Source of the DNA: Octopus bimaculoides
Taxonomy: Eukaryota
NCBI RefSeq assembly: GCF_001194135.2
Contig: NC_068982.1
Location: forward strand, 63,037,284-63,069,514
Length of the DNA: 32,231 bases
Reading direction: 5' to 3'
Shown: piece after piece, positions 25,671 through 32,231 of the stretch
Layout: the number at the start of each line of letters is the position of its first letter
Position numbering within the stretch: position 1 is the first letter of the stretch
Program-made: the position numbers and the translations under genes
The notes under the pieces: model-generated
What the model was told of the DNA's origin: nothing
Databases searched by the model: none
What the model saw: only the letters and a program-made list of their open reading frames with translations

Positions 25671-25835
25671 TTACCGCCGACACCATCGTGGTTGGCGTCG
25701 TCATCACCATCATTATCGTAAACATCATCATCTTCCTAATCCTACTCAGTTTTTTTTATCAGTCATTTCACTTTTTCTGTTCGCTCTTTTCTTTGTTACA
25801 TAGTTACTTGAAGTTTTAGGTAAACTTTGGTATAT

Positions 25836-25836
<1 letters not shown>

Positions 25837-25887
<51 letters not shown>

Positions 25888-25917
25888 GAGATAGATAGAT
25901 AGATAGATAGATAGATA
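25837..25917. repeat. (AGAT)n microsatellite
   Basis: Read directly from the sequence. Confidence 0.95.
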
Positions 25918-25985
25918 GGCGCAGGAGTGGCTGTATGGTAAGTAGCTTGCTTACCAACCACATGGTTCCGCGTTCAGCCCCACTG
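25918..25985 (+). mobile_element. 5' tRNA-like head of a second SINE family (family B), truncated
   Basis: GGCGCAGGAGTGGCTGTATGGTAAGTAGCTTGCTTACCAACCACATGGTTCCGCGTTCAGCCCCACTG has A-box-like and B-box-like motifs and follows an (AGAT)n tract. It resembles an octopus SINE head as I recall it. Confidence 0.7.
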
Positions 25986-26083
25986 AAGAGAGAGAGATAG
26001 AGAAACGGAAAAGCTTAAACTACATTGCGAAAGGCCACAAATTAATAGTGGGTGAATAACCAGTATTATTATTCCTTAACCTG

Positions 26084-26258
26084 AGAGCTGGGAGAAACGT
26101 TAGGTATCATTTCGACCCTCTTTACGTTCTGAAGTTGACTTTCTTTTTATCATTTCGGGGTCTAAAAAATAAGTACTTGTTGAGCAGCGGGGTCTATCTA
26201 GTCGTCTTACTCCTCCCTCGAAATTGCCAAACATGTGCCAAAATTCGAAATGGTTATT
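26084..26258 (+). mobile_element. Degenerate family A SINE
   Basis: GAGCTGGGAGAAACGTTAG...TTACGTTCTGA...ATCATTTCGGGGTCTAAAAAATAAGTAC aligns by eye to the copies at 607 and 26646, with deletions. Confidence 0.65.
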
Positions 26259-26645
26259 AGATGGACTTCTCAAATCAAATATTTCAATTCGAGTCATAGG
26301 TATGCAAATAGTATTAATGATGATGATTACAGTGTTAATTTCTTATGAAATTACAATGATACAAACCTAGGTCTATAGTCGATTATATATATATACTAGC
26401 ATTTGACGTATATGTTTTTCTTCGGCGTCGCCCGAATTTGAGCTTATAAGGGAAAGGATTGTATCTAAATACTTAAAATAATTTTTCTCAACACTCTTGT
26501 ACATTATATTCATTGTTATACGCTTATCTTTTCTACCTTGAAAGCTGCGCCAGTCTATTATTTTCATCTTCCGAGAAGTAATCAGTTTTAAATAGGGAAT
26601 GATATTGAAGATATAAGCTATTTATAATACCGGTTTGGCTCCTAG

Positions 26646-26866
26646 GGCAGCGAGCTGGCAGAATCGTTAGCACGCCGGGCAAACTGCCTAGCGGTATTTC
26701 GTCTGCCGTTACGTTCTGAGTTCGAATTCCGCCGAGGATGACTTTGCCCTTCATCCTTTCGGTGTTGATTAAATAAGTATCAGTTATGCACTGGGGTCGA
26801 TGTTATCGACTTAATCCAATTGTTTGTCCCGTTTATGTTTAGCCCCCTGTGGGCAATAAAGAAATA
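26646..26866 (+). mobile_element. Family A SINE, well preserved
   Basis: GGCAGCGAGCTGGCAGAATCGTTAGCACGCCGGG...GAGTTCGAATTCCGCCGAGG...TTCATCCTTTCGG...GCACTGGGGTCGATG...GGCAATAAAGAAATA. Confidence 0.88.
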
Positions 26867-26868
26867 CA

Positions 26869-27068
26869 TATTGGTTTGGTTTTAAATTTTGGCACATGGG
26901 GAGGGGTAAGTAAATTACGTCGAACCCTAGTATTCGACTAGTACTTATTTCATCGACCCAGATAGGATAAAAACACAAGTCGACTTCGGTGGAATTTAAA
27001 CTCAGAACGAGAATCCGGACGAAATGCCACTAGACATCTTTACCGGCGTGTTAACGAATCTGCCAGTT
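26869..27068 (-). mobile_element. Family A SINE, inverted
   Basis: The reverse complement reads CTGGCAGATTCGTTAACACGCCGG...GTTCTGAGTTTAAATTCCACCGAAGTCGACTT...GGGTCGATGAAATAAGTAC. Confidence 0.85.
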
Positions 27069-27070
27069 AA

Positions 27071-27293
27071 GCTGATGAGCTGGTAGAATCGTTAGCACGC
27101 CGGGTAAAATGCTTAGCAGTATTCCATCCGTTTTTACGTTCTGAGTTCAAATTCGACCGAGGCCAACTTAACCTTTAATCCTTTCGAAGTCGATAAAATA
27201 AGTACCAGTGGAATACAGGCGTCAATATAATCGACTTACCGCCTTCCCCTCAAAATTGCTAGCCTTATGCTAAAATTTGAGACCAGTATTATT
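27071..27293 (+). mobile_element. Family A SINE
   Basis: GAGCTGGTAGAATCGTTAGCACGCCGGG...GTTCTGAGTTCAAATTCGACCGAGG...GTCGATAAAATAAGTACCAG, with an ATTATT tail. Confidence 0.85.
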
Positions 27294-27933
27294 CTTCTAT
27301 ATTATTGTTGTGTTGCCAACTCTCAAAGAAATCTTAACACGCTGTGCTGCATCCATATTTTTTATATCAAAGAAAACTGCGTTGGCTAGACATAAGCTCC
27401 AGAGATCGAAATATAGTCGGCACCTAACTTGACGCTGGGATGAAAATTATCTTTTCTACACACATTCGCACGCGCGCACACACATACACAAACATTTTTT
27501 CATGTATTCAGTATTCTTATTGTGTGAGNNNNNNNNNNNNNNNNNNNNNNNNNNNNNNNNNNNNNNNNNNNNNNNNNNNNNNNNNNNNNNNNNNNNNNNN
27601 NNNNNNNNNNNNNNNNNNNNNNNNNNNNNNNNNNNNNNNNNNNNNNNNNNNNNNNNNNNNNNNNNNNNNNNNNNNNNNNNNNNNNNNNNNNNNNNNNNNN
27701 NNNNNNNNNNNNNNNNNNNNNNNNNNNNNNNNNNNNNNNNNNNNNNNNNNNNNNNNNNNNNNNNNNNNNNNNNNNNNNNNNNNNNNNNNNNNNNNNNNNN
27801 NNNNNNNNNNNNNNNNNNNNNNNNNNNNNNNNNTATAACAACTTGATGCTGTTAGCCGTAACCTGGAACATACCTGAGAGCTATCACGATATCCGCCTGA
27901 ATGATTTATCGTTATATACTCACCTTATCACCT

Positions 27934-27976
<43 letters not shown>

Positions 27977-28005
27977 GTACATATAGAATATATATATTAT
28001 ATATA

Positions 28006-28210
28006 TTACGGAGACGTACTTGCATAGCAAGTGACCTGATCTGAGATCGTGTGCTGGAACGAAAACAATTGCAGCGTAGAAGGTGTTTATAAGCCATTTA
28101 AGAAACACATAAAAACCGTTAGATTCACTTCAACATTTAAATTTAATTTGTCAAAATATTTTCGTCGCTTTGAGACCGCGACCTGTTCACTGACAAAATT
28201 CCGTGCTGCA
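28006..28210 (-). mobile_element. ~200-bp noncoding repeat between microsatellites carrying a hammerhead-like motif; possible Penelope pLTR fragment or non-autonomous derivative
   Basis: Higher-complexity island between (CA)/(TA) tracts that contains the hammerhead fold at 28147-28197. It resembles an abundant octopus repeat as I recall it; not verified. Confidence 0.5.
28147..28197 (-). ncRNA. Candidate minimal type I hammerhead ribozyme with a G3:C8 variant core and palindromic stem III
   Basis: Minus strand: UUUGUCA (stem I), GUGAACA (core), G, GUCGC-GGUCUCAAA-GCGAC (stem II), GAA, AAUAUU (palindromic stem III), U (position 17), UGACAAA (stem I'). All pairings were checked by hand. Confidence 0.65.
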
Positions 28211-29309
28211 TCTCTTATATTATATATACATATACATATACATATATATGTATATATAAATACACACACAGATATGTATATGTGTGTGTGTGTATAAACA
28301 TGCATGCATACACACATAAATACATGCATTTATGCATACACAATATGAGTACTACATAAATTGGCCTTATTTTGTTCGTGACAATACTCGCATCTTACTA
28401 TATTACTGCTCAGTTACAGTCTAGTTCAACCCATGATTAAAAACTATAGACTTTGGAAACAGTCCTACAAAAATTGCGTTTTCATTTCAATAGCAGTAAA
28501 TAAAGTTCTATCTGAAAAGGTCTTTTCAGAAAATGTTACAACGTAAAGAGATGAAGAAGAGAGTTATTTTTCCATGAATCAGATATCAGTAACACTACAC
28601 TTCTTAGTTATTTCAATATAAAACCACGAAGCTGCCCCTTCTTCACCCAAATAGATGAAATAATCATCGAAGATGATTTATCCCAAGCAGAAACGGCAGA
28701 AGCTACCCAGAGATATAACAACCTCTTCTTCTGAATCCATTGCAATATCGGAAACCTTTCAAATCAAGCCACTAGAATAAAATTCTAAACATATCAAAAA
28801 TTTCCAATATTAGCTAAACTCTGATATTAGAACTATTAGTAACTCCTATAAAACCTGCATATTCTCAGATAAAACGAAAAATCTTTAATGAATCAAGCAA
28901 AACAAAGAATAAGTGAAATTTGCTCGTAGCCAGCCTTTTTTAGATTAATCATTAGACCAAGTATTATACCATCAGACTTTGGTCTCTTTTCTACGATGAT
29001 GAATATATCTGTCACTATCTAACTCAAAATAATTCAAATTAGACATTAATTTTACAATTTCTTATTCTGTTGACATGATCCGTTAATCTAGGAGGGTGCA
29101 TGAAAGACATTGTCCACGCCAAATTTTGCTGAAGATGATTGATAATACTTTTTCACCTTTCCATGAACCCTGAACTCTTTGGTGACGTATTAGCAGCGCC
29201 ATCAAGCGCCACCAAGGTGTGTTTTGGACATTATTAGACCTTGCTGAAAAAACTCTGCAGTTGCTTCTTTTGAGATACATGGGCGGACAGTAAGAGTGAA
29301 AGTAAAAGA

Positions 29310-29400
29310 AGACTCGGCCTGGTATTTATTGACACCGAAAAGATGAAAGGCAAAGTTGACTTCGTCAGGATTTGAGTATAGAGAGTCGGAACGATGACCA
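29310..29400 (-). mobile_element. Family A SINE internal fragment
   Basis: The reverse complement contains CTCAAATCCTGACGAAGTCAACTTTGCCTTTCATCTTTCGGTGTCAATAAATACCAG. Confidence 0.65.
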
Positions 29401-29485
29401 CACCACGATTTATCCGTCGTTCTACCGACTTTGCTAAATGGTCTCTCTTCACTGAATGAAATTAAAATCGAGGTTCACTTTATCC

Positions 29486-30136
29486 CAGTGTTGATTCTCA
29501 GACAGCAACCAGTTCGTTTAGGGTTGATCATGCTTTGGTAGTCCGAGTTTTTACATCCTTTCAGAACCGATGTACTTGTTTGACGGGATCTCTGCTGATG
29601 TTGGTGATGTATCCTTGCTAATTGTAAGCAATGAGTTTGATTTTACTAGCAGTACAACATCACGAGCAGCTAATTCTACACAGTGAAGTAGTTGGATGGA
29701 GATTGATTTTGCGTCAGAGAGCAAGGTTAGATCATCAGCATAGTCTGCATCAGCTATTTTTTTTAGCTGAATGTCTGATCGATCTTCTTTTCCCGAGTGT
29801 GAAACTGAGACTGTTTAGATTGTCAAGTGATGTACTGAAGACATAATCCAGAGTGATCAAAATTAGAAAAGGTGCCAATTTGTCCCCTTGGCTCTGATAT
29901 CAAAGAAACTTGTATCTTCATCTGGGATCTTACCATTGATTTGGTGTTGTTATAGAGTATCATAATTGCTGTTGCTGCTTCCTCAGATATACCAAGGGAC
30001 AGTAGTATTTTCTTCATTTTAGTTCAGAGGATAGAGTAAAAAACTCTTGAGAGAAATAAACAAACAGTGATATCGCTTCAAAATTTATGACCTTTACTCC
30101 TTCAAATAAACGACGAACAGTAAGTATTTGTCCGAC
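29486..30136 (-). mobile_element. RTE-clade (RTE-X-like) LINE: inverted 5' part containing the decayed RT core
   Basis: Minus strand, with frameshifts: GQILTVRRLFEGVKVINFEAISLFVYFS, MKKILLSLGISEEAATAIMILYNNTKSMVRS, QGDKLAPFLILITLDYVF, DADYADDLTLLSD, KYIGS, KDVKTRTTKA*STLNELVAV*ESTL. Confidence 0.85.
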
Positions 30137-30564
30137 TGCTTCAGGGGAATTTTTTCCGTGAAACAGCAAAGTCAGTCTTTTTGAATGGAGCAACAGCCTG
30201 GACGCTTACAGAAAAAAAAAAACTTACACCCGAACGTTAAGTGCAGTCTTAAACATATCTTGGAGAACTCATCCCACCAAGAAACAGCTGTATGGAGATC
30301 TACTTGTTTCCAGCATTATAGGGAAATGGTGCTGGCGCTTTGCGGGACATAGCTGGCGAGCTAAACAAGAGCTGGCAAGTGATCTACTGCTATGGATGCC
30401 CAAGCATGACCGTACTCGAGCTGGCCGTCCGAACACAGCTTATGTAGTTTAACTCATCAGAGACACTGGATGTTCCCCTAAAGACCTCTCTCAATTAATG
30501 AAGGACCGAGATGGATGGTGTGTGGGTTAAAAATGTCCGAGCAAGCTTGACCAAATGATGATGA
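30128..30564 (+). mobile_element. RTE-clade (RTE-X-like) LINE: sense 3' part with a (TGA)n tail
   Basis: Plus strand, with frameshifts: LSDC, NFFRETAKSVFLNGATAWTLTEKK, TYTRTLSAVLNISWRTHPTKKQLYGDL, RFAGHSWRAKQELASDLLLWMPKHDRTRAGRP, DTGCSPKDLSQLMKDRDGW. It ends in TGATGATGA at ~30556-30564. Confidence 0.88.
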
Positions 30565-32133
30565 ACTCTAACATGATTTAAAGAGTGGACTGTTGTAGGA
30601 AAATACTATATACTACAAGGACTATAGTTTGCTATGCTACCGTTTCTGCCGACTCAATTTTTTCCTTAAATTATAAATAAAATCAGCAATAACCATGCAG
30701 TTCCTCAAAATAAATTTGAAGATCTTATGTTCAGTTTCACCGTAGGCAATCAGTTATTATTATCTCCGTCCAAGTCAGTTATTACGAAACAAGTCACTTT
30801 AGACGTAAACATGTGTTATTTTTTCAGGCATAGTGTATCTTTGGCTGTAATATCCCATATTCTATATTCAGTTTTAAGAAAATATGATATGATTTCTAAT
30901 TCTAGCAGGTCCTACAACTGTGTAAAAGCTCCGTTGTTTGTTCTTCACAAAATGTACCTCGGTTAACCGAGCTACCGGGAACAAAACTCATAATGTTAAC
31001 TGTGATGTAACCAAGCTCTATCCAAGCAAACAATTATTTCACATCAGTTTAACCGCACAAAACGGGAGCAAACATCAGAATTAAATACACACCTTTTAAA
31101 TAGCGAAGTTTTATATTTTCAGTTAACAGAAATGGTACACAAAAATTAGTACATCGAAAGTAAGCTGATGAGTATCCTGCATCCAGCCATTCATATACAC
31201 ACGCAGTTGTACACAAATTTCTGTATCTAATCAATTATCACACACATGATTAAAAGAATTATTTAAGTACCGTGTCTATGAGCTATTTCTATTTGACATT
31301 TACATTAATGGGTATATAATTTATCACCGTATTATTAACGATTCCATGGAAAACAGTGGTTATCAACTGTTATTGTTAATTAGTTTTCTGTTTGGAATAT
31401 TTCGGTTAATCGATTCATTTAAATTAAAGGATACTGAGACATTACAACGTGAAGTGAAATAGAAGTTACAAATCAGCATCTATACGTCTCTTCTATTAAA
31501 ACCTACATTACAAAAAATTTAATTTCCTTCTTTTACAAATTTATTGAGTTCCGTCACTGAATAGAAATATCAATACAATGACAAGTGAAGTAGTTTAGCT
31601 TATATGCAAAAGTTCAATCCATGCCTCTTCAAGATATAGATACTGTATAATTATATATACGAAGGAAATTCATAACACAGAACAGCTGCGAAAACAGGTT
31701 AAAACATCAGGAAGTACTGGGTTCGATTCTCAATAGCAGCTCACTGACTAATATTTTCCCGTCCTCTAAGGGTATTTACCTGATCTTCTAAGCTGTTTTC
31801 ACATATATTCTGCGTTCGAGATTTCCTTTCATTTCTGTAAAGTACCAACTCACTCGACGCTTCAACGTTTGTTGATAAAGTATCTATCTATCTATCTATA
31901 TCGAATTCGAGGACACTCCGGATTGAGTTGTTGTCATGCAGACATTGACATATTTTCTGTTATTTTGTTATGAACCAGTTGTATTTAATGAGCTTTCTGC
32001 AATCAGAGAGGACGAGAACCTTAGGTCTTGATTTCATTTTTTTTTTCTCGTCCCATTTTTTGCATCAACCTTCTTCACGTTTTTACCCTCGTTTGTTTCT
32101 TATTTTCTTACTGTCCAGCGTTCTTGTTTTTAA

Positions 32134-32179
<46 letters not shown>

Positions 32180-32231
32180 TACAATTAAAAGGGTAAAGGT
32201 TTATCAACTTCGGTATGTGGTGAAGCAAATG

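Noticed and set aside
28790-28880. FPILAKL...LLVTP, faintly like a hAT dimerization domain
   Set aside because: The match is too short, needs frameshifts, and has no other hAT motif or TIR support.

Overview
AT-rich, microsatellite-dense eukaryotic DNA from a draft assembly with seven N gaps. The SINE families and repeat landscape suggest an octopus or related coleoid cephalopod; this is inferred from recall and not verified. I found no intact host protein-coding exon, rRNA or tRNA. Most ORFs in the track are microsatellite or N-gap artefacts. The window is mainly decayed mobile elements: a (TAA)n-flanked noncoding repeat, six copies of a tRNA-derived SINE plus the head of a second SINE family, a decayed 23-aa STPR-repeat ORF (Helitron-like), a Penelope GIY-YIG remnant, two DD37D (maT) Tc1/mariner elements, a mariner end fused to a Dong/R4 LINE fragment, and an RTE-clade LINE with a 5' inversion. 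Two signals stand out. One is a minimal type I hammerhead-ribozyme fold with a compensatory G3:C8 core and palindromic stem III (minus strand, 28147-28197). The other is an RTE LINE whose inverted and sense halves join almost seamlessly, as twin priming predicts (29486-30564).
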